Origin: an archaeon
GTDB taxonomy: Archaea; Aenigmatarchaeota; Aenigmatarchaeia; CG10238-14; SCSR01
Direction: 5' to 3'
DNA length: 30,416 nucleotides
Assembly (NCBI GenBank): GCA_035289185.1
Contig: DATDXT010000033.1
Span: 1-30,416, forward strand
Shown here in pieces: positions 19,550 through 27,313 of the stretch. Each line of letters starts with the position of its first letter. Positions within the stretch are counted from its first letter, which is position 1. The position numbers were made by a program, and so were the translations under genes. Under the pieces are notes generated by a model, which was not told the origin of the DNA, did no database searches, and worked only from the letters and a program-made list of their open reading frames with translations.

Positions 19550-20890
19550 ATGGTATTGGAAGACCTTGGAGGAGGATTGAAAGCAGCTTTCAACAGGCTG
19601 GTATCCTCAGTCACAGTGGACAAGTCATTGATAGAGCAGACAGTCTCAGACATAAGAAGGGCTTTAATTCAATCAGATGTAAATCTCCAGCTTGCAAATG
19701 ATATTGCAGACAAAATAAAGAAAAGATCGATGGAGGAAAAGACACCTTCTGGCATGAGCAAGCGTGAACAAGTAGTAAAGATAGTATACGAAGAGCTCGT
19801 GAACATGCTTGGAAAGAAGTTCCAGCCATTGAAGCTTGACAAGAAACCATCCATCATACTTATGGCAGGCTTGCTTGGAGCAGGAAAGACCACAAGCACG
19901 GCCAAACTGGCAAGATACATACAGAAGCAGGGAAGGAATGTCGGAATCATAGGAGCAGACGTCTACAGACCAGCGGCTTTAGCGCAATTGGAACAGTTAG
20001 CAAAGCAGATCAACGTCCCAGTGTACGGTGAAAAGGGAAATAAGAATGCTGTGAAGATTGTAGAGAACGGGATGAAAGAGTTTGCGAAGAAAGATGTCAT
20101 CATTATCGATACAGCAGGCAGGTACAAGCAGTCAGAAGAGTTGATGAAGGAGATAAGGCAGATAGGCGAAAAGGTCAAGCCGGACGAGACCATACTCGTC
20201 ATCGATGCCACTATAGGACAGCAGGCCAAACAACAGGCTGAAGCATTCCACAAGGCAGTTCCGATTGGCAGCGTGATGATAACAAAGATGGATGGTACTT
20301 CAAAAGGCGGAGGCGCGTTGAGCGCTTGCAGTGTCACTGGAGCTAATGTCAAGTTCATAGGAATGGGAGAGAAGATAGACAGCCTTGAATTGTACGATCC
20401 TGACAGGTTTGTTTCCAGGATGTTAGGTTTGGGTGATTTGCAGACATTGCTGGAGAAGGTGAAGGAGACAGGAGTCAGCAAAGAATCAATGGAAAAGATG
20501 ATGGAAGGAAAATTCACATTGCAGGACTTCATAGAACAGATAGAGAATGTAAGCAAGGTAGGATCTTTATCGCAGATAGCAGGAATGATACCTGGGTTTG
20601 GCAGCGTGAAACTGCCTAAGGAAGCATTGGAGAAGCAGGAAAGAAAGATGAAGATATGGAAGTTCATAATCCAGAGCATGACAAAGAAGGAGAGAGAGGA
20701 TCCAGCGCTTGTTGATGCAGCTAGAATCAAGAGGATAGCAAAAGGTTCTGGCAGGCAGGAGATGGAAGTAAGGGAATTATTGAACCAGTACAGTTCAATG
20801 AAGAAGATGATGAAGGGACTTGGCGGAGTAAGAGGAATGGATAGGGGTCAGATGAAGGAATTGGCCAAGCAAATGGGATTGAAGTTTTGA
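19550..20890 (+). CDS. srp54: Signal recognition particle protein SRP54
   Basis: Starts MVLEDLGGGLKAAFNRL (canonical SRP54 N-terminus). NG domain (GLLGAGKTTSTAKLA, DTAGR, TKMDG) and a Met-rich M-domain. The in-frame upstream extension from 19466 is not conserved. Confidence 0.95.
   Translation: MVLEDLGGGLKAAFNRLVSSVTVDKSLIEQTVSDIRRALIQSDVNLQLANDIADKIKKRSMEEKTPSGMSKREQVVKIVYEELVNMLGKKFQPLKLDKKPSIILMAGLLGAGKTTSTAKLARYIQKQGRNVGIIGADVYRPAALAQLEQLAKQINVPVYGEKGNKNAVKIVENGMKEFAKKDVIIIDTAGRYKQSEELMKEIRQIGEKVKPDETILVIDATIGQQAKQQAEAFHKAVPIGSVMITKMDGTSKGGGALSACSVTGANVKFIGMGEKIDSLELYDPDRFVSRMLGLGDLQTLLEKVKETGVSKESMEKMMEGKFTLQDFIEQIENVSKVGSLSQIAGMIPGFGSVKLPKEALEKQERKMKIWKFIIQSMTKKEREDPALVDAARIKRIAKGSGRQEMEVRELLNQYSSMKKMMKGLGGVRGMDRGQMKELAKQMGLKF
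20863..20890 (+). repeat. Direct repeat copy 1 (last 9 codons of srp54: LAKQMGLKF-stop)
   Basis: ggccaagcaaatgggattgaagttttga matches 21960..21987 at 23 of 28 positions. Confidence 0.85.
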
Positions 20891-20921
20891 GTTATCATGT
20901 AACACGTGTTACACAGCCAAA

Positions 20922-20934
20922 TTTTGTAGTCACC
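20922..20934 (+). promoter_or_regulatory. TTTTGTAGTCACC motif copy 1 upstream of fic
   Basis: Exact 11-13-mer repeated at 20954..20966 and 21943..21955, and inverted at 21924..21933. Confidence 0.5.
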
Positions 20935-20953
20935 TATATACAAAAAGTTTATA

Positions 20954-20966
20954 TATTGTAGTCACC
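20954..20966 (+). promoter_or_regulatory. TTGTAGTCACC motif copy 2, 12 nt upstream of the fic ATG
   Basis: Exact motif repeat. Confidence 0.5.
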
Positions 20967-20977
20967 TAATACTTATT

Positions 20978-21928
20978 ATGCACGTGGAAATAAGGAACGT
21001 TGGCAGAAAGAAAAAATATTACCTTGCACACTCATTCAGGCATGATGGGAAGGTCAAAAAGTTCAGATTTTATCTTGGAACTGATTTGACAAAAACAGAA
21101 TTAAACGACAAAATAAAACACGCAAAGGAAATTTTGGATGAGAGGATAAAAGCATATGGAAAAGTAGGAGACCCGTTCTATACAGTTATTACATCCAAAG
21201 AATTGGAATATGTAAAACATCTGGAAGATAAATACAGGATGGAAGAAATAAAAGTTTTGCACCTGTCTGAAAAAAACTGGGCCGAATTTACAAAAGCATT
21301 CACATACGATACCAATGCCATAGAGGGATCCACCGTGACTTTTACAGAAGTCTCTGACATATTGGAAAAAAAAGAATGGCCTAAAGAAAAGCAAAAATGG
21401 GAGATATCTGAAACATATGGAGTTGCGGAAGCCGTTGATTTCATAAGAAATTCTAGGGAAGACATCTCTTTAAAATTGATAAAAGAACTCCACAGGATTG
21501 TGTTCAAGAATTCCAAGGATTTTGCAGGCAAATTCAGGAAGAATGGAGAGGAGGTCGCTGTAGTGGACGCCTTTGGCAATATAAAACATAGAGGAGCCCC
21601 ATCATCGCAGATTGTCAGGCTTCTTAATGAATTGATACGTTGGTATGGCAAAAACAACCGGAAATATCCTGCATTGGTGTTGGCTGCTGTGGTACACAAT
21701 CATTTTGAAACTATACATCCATTCAAGGACGGAAATGGGAGAGTCGGAAGGCTTTTGTTGAACAACATATTGTTGAAGCACGGTTTGCCGCCCGTCAACA
21801 TAGAGCTGAAAAGCAGGCAGGAATACTACAGGGCACTGCAGGAATATCAAAAAATGAGGAATCTTCGACCAATGATAGAGCTTATATTGAGAGAATACAG
21901 GAGATTTATGAAAAGCCTGAACAGGTGA
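20978..21928 (+). CDS. fic: Fic/Doc-family protein (class II Fic AMPylase with N-terminal inhibitory helix)
   Basis: Canonical Fic motif HPFKDGNGRVGR and an upstream inhibitory motif TNAIEGS ((S/T)xxxE(G/N)). Confidence 0.9.
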   Translation: MHVEIRNVGRKKKYYLAHSFRHDGKVKKFRFYLGTDLTKTELNDKIKHAKEILDERIKAYGKVGDPFYTVITSKELEYVKHLEDKYRMEEIKVLHLSEKNWAEFTKAFTYDTNAIEGSTVTFTEVSDILEKKEWPKEKQKWEISETYGVAEAVDFIRNSREDISLKLIKELHRIVFKNSKDFAGKFRKNGEEVAVVDAFGNIKHRGAPSSQIVRLLNELIRWYGKNNRKYPALVLAAVVHNHFETIHPFKDGNGRVGRLLLNNILLKHGLPPVNIELKSRQEYYRALQEYQKMRNLRPMIELILREYRRFMKSLNR

Positions 21929-21954
21929 CTACATTTCTATGTTTTGTAGTCACC
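21924..21954 (+). terminator. Hairpin (10-bp stem GGTGACTACA / TGTAGTCACC, 11-nt loop) overlapping the fic stop codon; terminator-like or recombination site
   Basis: Perfect inverted repeat seen directly. Its 3' arm is the third copy of the TGTAGTCACC motif. Confidence 0.45.
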
Positions 21955-21959
21955 CAGTC

Positions 21960-21987
21960 GGCCAAGCAGATGGGATTGAAATTCTAG
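21960..21987 (+). repeat. Direct repeat copy 2: displaced duplicate of the srp54 3' end encoding AKQMGLKF-stop
   Basis: ggccaagcagatgggattgaaattctag. All 5 differences from copy 1 are synonymous or stop-for-stop. Confidence 0.85.
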
Positions 21988-21995
21988 AAATCCAT

Positions 21996-22958
21996 CTATT
22001 TTAGATAGTTGTAAATGGTTCTAGATACATTGCTGGCTGTTTCACTGAAATCTTTTTTTGTTGTCCCAGAACTCATTATACATAACATATAAGGTTTGTT
22101 TGGTGCATAGATTATTCCACAATCATGATAGCTTTTTGTAGGACCCCAATCGCCTATCTTATGAGCCACTTTTATATTGTCTGGCAAACCAGATACTATT
22201 CCGTAATCAAATTTTGTATCTGAAAGCAGAGAAAGTATAAAGTTAGAAAATGTTCTTCTAAGATAGGCAGAATAGTATAAAGCGCGTAAAATGTTCATAT
22301 AATTTTTTGGAGTGATTGCAGTCGAACTTATATCAGGCGAAAATGAGGGTGGAGGAAGTCCCATTGCAATATAAGCTTCTGCCAGATCGCCATATGTCAG
22401 TTGTCTGACAAGTACATTGTATGCTGTGTTATCAGATTCGTTTATAACAAAGTTCAGAGCAGATTTCACATCAATGTCATATCCATATCCCTTAGAAGCT
22501 AGACTGCCAAATGTAAGATTAGGTTCTATATCAGCCTCGGAAATTGTCAATTTTGTTTCCATAGACAGGTAGCCATCCTCTAATTTTTTTACTATAGCGA
22601 TCACTGCTGGAGTTTTAAGTAGGCTTGCTGGTACGAACATATCCCTTTCATTAATTCCAAACCATGCTCCTGTTATAAGGTCTTCAAAATAAATACCATA
22701 ATGGCCTTTTGACGAGTTTGTTATTTTCTCAACTTCTGTTTTTAATGGTGTATACGAAACTGTAAGGTATTGTTGTCCCCGAAGAAAATTATTCACTTCC
22801 ATACTTGCTGTCTGAGGATCAATGAGTGCATAATTATCAGAACGGTCTCTTTCCCAAGAGTTGCTTATGATGTAAACTATGAGCGAAATATTTATAACAA
22901 CCATTATAGAAAACCAAAACTTGAGAGATTTCAAATCTATTTCAATTTTAGACACCAT
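21996..22958 (-). CDS. Membrane-anchored class A beta-lactamase-like serine hydrolase
   Basis: N-terminal TM anchor. SxxK (PASLLKTP), SDN (INESDNTAYN) and KxG (HKIGDWG) motifs occur in class A order and spacing. The ATG at 22958 is preferred over the TTG at 22967. Confidence 0.6.
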   Translation of the reverse strand: MVSKIEIDLKSLKFWFSIMVVINISLIVYIISNSWERDRSDNYALIDPQTASMEVNNFLRGQQYLTVSYTPLKTEVEKITNSSKGHYGIYFEDLITGAWFGINERDMFVPASLLKTPAVIAIVKKLEDGYLSMETKLTISEADIEPNLTFGSLASKGYGYDIDVKSALNFVINESDNTAYNVLVRQLTYGDLAEAYIAMGLPPPSFSPDISSTAITPKNYMNILRALYYSAYLRRTFSNFILSLLSDTKFDYGIVSGLPDNIKVAHKIGDWGPTKSYHDCGIIYAPNKPYMLCIMSSGTTKKDFSETASNVSRTIYNYLK

Positions 22959-22967
22959 TTCTACCAA

Positions 22968-22995
22968 TTATACAATAAATAGATTTATTGTATAA
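22968..22995. promoter_or_regulatory. Perfect 28-bp palindrome TTATACAATAAAT-AG-ATTTATTGTATAA in the divergent bla-like/trmY promoter region
   Basis: 13-bp arms are exact reverse complements. It lies 10 nt from the bla-like ATG and 20 nt from the trmY ATG. Confidence 0.5.
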
Positions 22996-23014
22996 TAAAC
23001 CAAAGATAACTTTC

Positions 23015-23614
23015 ATGAGAGAATTCATCCTAAGGGCATCCAAGACAGTGACCAATCCTAACTACATCAATCTGAATGACTTGCCTGGTGCAGGAAGACT
23101 TGATCTTGTTTGCAGGTGTGTTACAAATGCTTTGTTCATCTCCAACGACATGCGCAGAGATACAATCATCCATGTCGTGCTGGAAGGCCCAAACTACCCG
23201 CCTAAGACTGTAAGTTTTGATGGAAACGAGTTGAGAAGTCTTGCTCCGGACGAAAGGAACTGCGCATCCCACATAAAGATAGCGTTGGAAAGAGGAGACA
23301 GTCTAAAGATAGGAGAAAGCAAGAAATCTGAGGACGGTATAACTGTAAGCAAGAAAAGCTTTGAGGCTTGGATAAAGGAGAAGAGCAAGACAAACCAGTT
23401 GATATATCTTCATCCTGAAGGTAAGGACATAAGGGAGTTCAAGTTCGAGAAAGATGTCTGTTTTGTGATGGGCGACCACGTGGGTTTGGAAAAAGTAACC
23501 GAGAAGCTTCTGAAGAGGTTCGGTGCTGTAAAAGTAAGTCTGGCTCCTGCATACTATCTGGCATCGCAATGCATAACCATCTGCCATAACGAGCTTGATT
23601 TAAGGCTAAAGTAG
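23015..23614 (+). CDS. trmY: tRNA pseudouridine-54 N1-methyltransferase TrmY (SPOUT, DUF358)
   Basis: MREFILRASK...NLNDLPGAGRLDLVCRCVTNALFISNDMRRD...VLEGP matches the archaeal TrmY family. Confidence 0.75.
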   Translation: MREFILRASKTVTNPNYINLNDLPGAGRLDLVCRCVTNALFISNDMRRDTIIHVVLEGPNYPPKTVSFDGNELRSLAPDERNCASHIKIALERGDSLKIGESKKSEDGITVSKKSFEAWIKEKSKTNQLIYLHPEGKDIREFKFEKDVCFVMGDHVGLEKVTEKLLKRFGAVKVSLAPAYYLASQCITICHNELDLRLK

Positions 23615-23664
23615 GGCTTTATATACTTTTACTACCTTATAGTGACATAAGAAAGGTGTCTAAA

Positions 23665-24306
23665 ATGTCAGAGTTAAAAGAACTGTTAGGTTCATTGGAA
23701 GACTTGTCTAGCAGAGCAGCTTATCATGCTGTTAATCAGGAGCCAAGATTAGCTTATAAGACATTATCAGATTTAGAAAACATGCTAAACGATGAGAATG
23801 TTAAAAAAGTCTTACCTCAGAATTCTTACAATGCTTTTCTTGAAAGAAAAACCCAGATAGAAAATTATATGAACAAAACAAGTAAAAAAAGGACAGAATT
23901 TGCAAAAAAATCAATGGCCGCATCACAAGTATATGGTTTTTTATACAGCGCAGAAAATGCTTTAGAATCTGCAATATTATTCTCGTCTCCAAAGGAAGAG
24001 ATGAAATATTATGTGTCCTCTTTAGACTTTGTAAAGAAAATGGAAGCTATGTCTTTTAACTATGGAATAGATGTTCCACAGAGAGCCGTGGATTTCAAAC
24101 AAAAATTGGAAAAAGCAGCCAAAGACAGATATCTAAAACACGCAGATGCACTTATAGAATCGAAAAGATTCCCAGAAGCTGAAGACATGTTGAATGATGC
24201 AGAACAGTTTATAATTACATTAACAGATAAAGTCGATACAGAAGATCTTGACATAGAACAGCGTAGAAAAGTGATAAGAGAATCTTTTACTAGAACAGGT
24301 GATTAA
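23665..24306 (+). CDS. Hypothetical alpha-helical protein, 214 aa
   Basis: The GGTG Shine-Dalgarno-like motif lies 7 nt upstream of the ATG. The ORF ends 1 nt before the next gene. Confidence 0.5.
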   Translation: MSELKELLGSLEDLSSRAAYHAVNQEPRLAYKTLSDLENMLNDENVKKVLPQNSYNAFLERKTQIENYMNKTSKKRTEFAKKSMAASQVYGFLYSAENALESAILFSSPKEEMKYYVSSLDFVKKMEAMSFNYGIDVPQRAVDFKQKLEKAAKDRYLKHADALIESKRFPEAEDMLNDAEQFIITLTDKVDTEDLDIEQRRKVIRESFTRTGD

Positions 24307-24307
24307 A

Positions 24308-24571
24308 ATGTCAGAACAAACAACTGTTAGAGAAGGTATTGCAAAACAGATTATGCTTAGTTATTTTCCAGAGCTTAGAAACGACCAGCCAAAAAATATG
24401 ATTAAAGTTTATGGAAGAGACCAGTCTGCCATAGGTTTCTACATTACAAAGATTGCTGGAGCTCCAAACAGAGCAGGAAGACCATTGTACAGAGTCAGAC
24501 AGGGAGAGATTGGTGGAACAACTGACATACCTATTACAGATCCTGAAAATTATAGAAGGGTATTAATGTAA
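24308..24571 (+). CDS. Hypothetical small protein, 87 aa
   Basis: Translationally coupled to the upstream gene. Its start context is nearly identical to that of the upstream gene. Confidence 0.45.
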   Translation: MSEQTTVREGIAKQIMLSYFPELRNDQPKNMIKVYGRDQSAIGFYITKIAGAPNRAGRPLYRVRQGEIGGTTDIPITDPENYRRVLM

Positions 24572-24609
24572 TAACTTTATTTTCCAGAGAAGGCGAGCGT
24601 CTTTTAGAA

Positions 24610-24747
24610 ATGGCTGAAAGAGCAGTAAGATCGAAAGAATATGCTGAAAAAGTTGAAGCTAAGGTTGATGCAGCAGAGGCAAGATATAGAGAGACGCGTC
24701 CTTTATGCAACCCTGTTATCATTGAGAAAAAGCCGTTGCCTGAATAG
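24610..24747 (+). CDS. Possible small ORF, 45 aa (MAERAVRSKEYAEKVEAKVDAAEARYRETRPLCNPVIIEKKPLPE)
   Basis: Hand-translated ORF. It is below the ORF-track length cut-off and has no strong ribosome-binding site. Confidence 0.2.
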   Translation: MAERAVRSKEYAEKVEAKVDAAEARYRETRPLCNPVIIEKKPLPE

Positions 24748-24780
24748 AATATAGATTATAGTTACAGATTAGTTTTGTGA

Positions 24781-24810
24781 AAAATAAAAAAAAGAAAAAA
24801 GAAAGGAAAA
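24781..24810 (-). terminator. Oligo-T tract (minus strand) downstream of ftsZ; archaeal-type intrinsic terminator
   Basis: A 30-nt A-rich run on the plus strand, which is T-rich on the ftsZ coding strand. Confidence 0.5.
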
Positions 24811-24937
24811 GTTTTCACTCATCTATTGTGTTCTCAGTAGAATCCTCTGAATCGAATTCATCCAGGGGGTCCCACATGTCTTCTTCCATTTCTTTTCCCT
24901 TCCTTTAAGCTTTTTGAAGAATTGGGCGAGGTTACCC

Positions 24938-26116
24938 TCACCTAATTATGTCAATACCGAGCGCTCTACTGATTTCCTTAACTACAGGCTTCTCGAAGCT
25001 TACAGGACCTACTATGTACGGCGACTTTACGCCAGTTATGATAGTGATTACCTGTAATCTTCCTTCGAAATCAGGAAGTACTCTTGCTCCCCAGTAGATT
25101 TGTGCTTGGGAATCCAGATGTTTGGACACTGATTCACCGATCATATTGACCTCATCTAATCTGAGATCAGTACCTCCGGTTATGTGTATCAAAGCACCGC
25201 TGGCTCCTGCGTAATCCACTTCAAGCAAGGGGTTTTCCAATGCCTTCGTTATGGCGTCTTTTGCTCTGTCGGAACTGTTTGACTCGCCAACACCGATAGC
25301 TGCCACTCCACCAGAATGCATCAACGCTTTCACGTCTGCATAGTCCAGGTTTACTAGACTTGGCAGGGTTATAGTCTCGGTTATTCCTTTGACCATGCTA
25401 GCGACTAGTTCGTCTGCTACTGCGAATGCCTGTTGGATCGTAAGGTTTCCTGCATACTTCAGCAATCTATCGTTCTCGATGACAATGGCTGTATCACAGA
25501 CTTGTCTGAGCATAGCCAAACCATCTTCGGCTTTTATTTGCCTAGATCCTTCCAACTTGAAAGGCATGGTAACTACTGCTATTACAATAGCTCCCATTGA
25601 TTTTGCCACTTCGCAAACGATTGGAATGCTTCCAGTACCGGTACCTTTTCCAAGGCCCGCAAGAGCGAACACTAGGTCTGCACCATCTATCGTGTCTTTG
25701 ATTTCGCTTCTAGACTCTTCAGCAGCTTTCTTACCCACTTCTGGGTAACCGCCTGCGCCTAGACCGCGAGTCAACTCTTTTCCTATGAGAATCTTTTTGT
25801 CTGCTTTTCCTACTGCTAAATGTTTAGCATCTGTGTTCAATGCTATGGTTGTTGCACCGTCAATGCCCATTTCTGTCAATCTTGTGATTGTGTTTTGTCC
25901 CGCACCACCGCAGCCGACTACTACGATCTTTGCTCTTTTCACAGCAAAGCCGAATTCCTGCTCGGCCAACTTGTAATAATCTACATTACTGTATGTAGCG
26001 CCAGATGTGTTCTCTAGTTTGAATCTGTTTCGAGGTGTTTCTTCTACCCAATTGCTCTTCCCTATCGCGTTTTTTATTATCGAATCCATTTTTTGTTCAC
26101 CTATGTTTTTTATCAT
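24938..26116 (-). CDS. ftsZ: Cell division GTPase FtsZ homolog (variant tubulin signature GLGKGTGTG)
   Basis: IVVVGCGGAGQN G-box, T7 loop NLDYADV, and a conserved C-terminal peptide. Confidence 0.85.
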   Translation of the reverse strand: MIKNIGEQKMDSIIKNAIGKSNWVEETPRNRFKLENTSGATYSNVDYYKLAEQEFGFAVKRAKIVVVGCGGAGQNTITRLTEMGIDGATTIALNTDAKHLAVGKADKKILIGKELTRGLGAGGYPEVGKKAAEESRSEIKDTIDGADLVFALAGLGKGTGTGSIPIVCEVAKSMGAIVIAVVTMPFKLEGSRQIKAEDGLAMLRQVCDTAIVIENDRLLKYAGNLTIQQAFAVADELVASMVKGITETITLPSLVNLDYADVKALMHSGGVAAIGVGESNSSDRAKDAITKALENPLLEVDYAGASGALIHITGGTDLRLDEVNMIGESVSKHLDSQAQIYWGARVLPDFEGRLQVITIITGVKSPYIVGPVSFEKPVVKEISRALGIDIIR

Positions 26117-26188
26117 ATATTTTCCAGTATCTAAAACCTTTTATATGGTCTTGGATAACTTATCTTTAGAAAGAAATAAACTATTTTA

Positions 26189-26233
26189 TTGGTACTCGTA
26201 CCAAAAAAGAAATAATCTCGACAATTATTTCTT
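26189..26233. promoter_or_regulatory. Two adjacent inverted repeats in the ftsZ / receiver-gene divergent intergenic region
   Basis: TTGGTAC-TC-GTACCAA (26189..26204) and AAGAAATAAT-ctcgaca-ATTATTTCTT (26207..26233), both seen directly. Confidence 0.3.
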
Positions 26234-26467
26234 CCAATTTACAAGTTAAAGCTATTACTATAAAACGATGTATATATTCAATCATACACTTTCGCTGAAT
26301 TTTCGGAAAAGAATCTGAATTTTCATACAAAATTTTGGACTGGAAGATGATTTTATAAAGATTTCTGTCCAATTGTTGTTTGGAGATGGTAATAGATGCA
26401 GGTTTTTGCAGATAGAACAGAGACGATAGAGAAACCACATGAAGTTAGCTATGGAAACAGAGAAAAG

Positions 26468-26833
26468 ATGGCTCTGCATGTGGATGATGAGGAAGAATGG
26501 AGAGACATTGTTGAAAGGTCGCTGACAAGTTTGGGCTATAAGGTAGTGCAGGCGGCCAATTTCCAAGACGCAGAGTTTTCTGCAAAGAACCAAAGGTTTG
26601 ATCTTTATGTGATTGATGGTACTTTTCCCATGAAACCCGAGGAAGCTGGTGACAGGGAAGCCGGATTGAAGCTTTACAAGCTATTGAATGACTTGCATGG
26701 CGATAGTTCGAAATATGTGCTCCTTTCTGGTGATGGCTATGTGGAAGCAATATGCAATAGGGACGGAATACCTTTCTTGTATAAAAGACATTTTGCTAAA
26801 AAATTCCAGGATTTTGTCAGAAAACTAGGTTAA
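26468..26833 (+). CDS. Stand-alone response-regulator receiver (CheY-like REC) domain protein
   Basis: MALHVDDEEEWRDIVERSL...FDLYVIDGTFP...YKRHFAKK pattern with a DD pair, a phospho-acceptor Asp and a conserved Lys. The ORF is open from 26396. Confidence 0.6.
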   Translation: MALHVDDEEEWRDIVERSLTSLGYKVVQAANFQDAEFSAKNQRFDLYVIDGTFPMKPEEAGDREAGLKLYKLLNDLHGDSSKYVLLSGDGYVEAICNRDGIPFLYKRHFAKKFQDFVRKLG

Positions 26834-26917
26834 AAGGTAAATAGTCATTACTTGAGGATAATGAAAGCTTTAAATAGTTTGCTGTCCTATAATAAGTTAA
26901 GAAAATGGTGAGGAAAA

Positions 26918-27313
26918 ATGAACGATATGTGGACTGAGAAAGACGGCTTATCGCATTTGAATATGCTACCAAATTTATTGGTGGCATTGGCCGAGGGTAA
27001 CGGTTCCTTGAGAAAATATTCTGAAACAAGATATGGTTTAGCTTCTGTAACCTACAAAATCAGAATAAGAGAATATTCTTTGCGTTTGGAGGACGGCACA
27101 GATGTTCTATATAAAGTAGAAGAAGATGGCATACAAAAATTACAAGAAACCATAAAGCTAAATGGAAAGGTTGCGTTTGAAAGACCAAATGTTATTAATT
27201 TCGAAAACACATTCTACGAATTTAATCCACGATCAAAGCTAGATAAGTTGCATGAAATAAATAAGCATGAAATAAATAAGCATGAAATAAAAAAGTTTGT
27301 AGACTTAGGCTAG
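26918..27313 (+). CDS. Hypothetical protein, 131 aa, with C-terminal HEINK tandem repeat
   Basis: A strong GGTGAGG Shine-Dalgarno-like motif lies 8 nt upstream. Confidence 0.5.
   Translation: MNDMWTEKDGLSHLNMLPNLLVALAEGNGSLRKYSETRYGLASVTYKIRIREYSLRLEDGTDVLYKVEEDGIQKLQETIKLNGKVAFERPNVINFENTFYEFNPRSKLDKLHEINKHEINKHEIKKFVDLG
27251..27295 (+). repeat. 3 x 15-bp tandem repeat (catgaaataaataag) encoding HEINK-HEINK-HEIKK
   Basis: Seen directly. The third unit has 1 mismatch. Confidence 0.7.

Noticed and set aside
19963-20730. 255-aa minus-strand ORF
   Set aside because: It lies entirely antisense to the well-supported srp54 gene.
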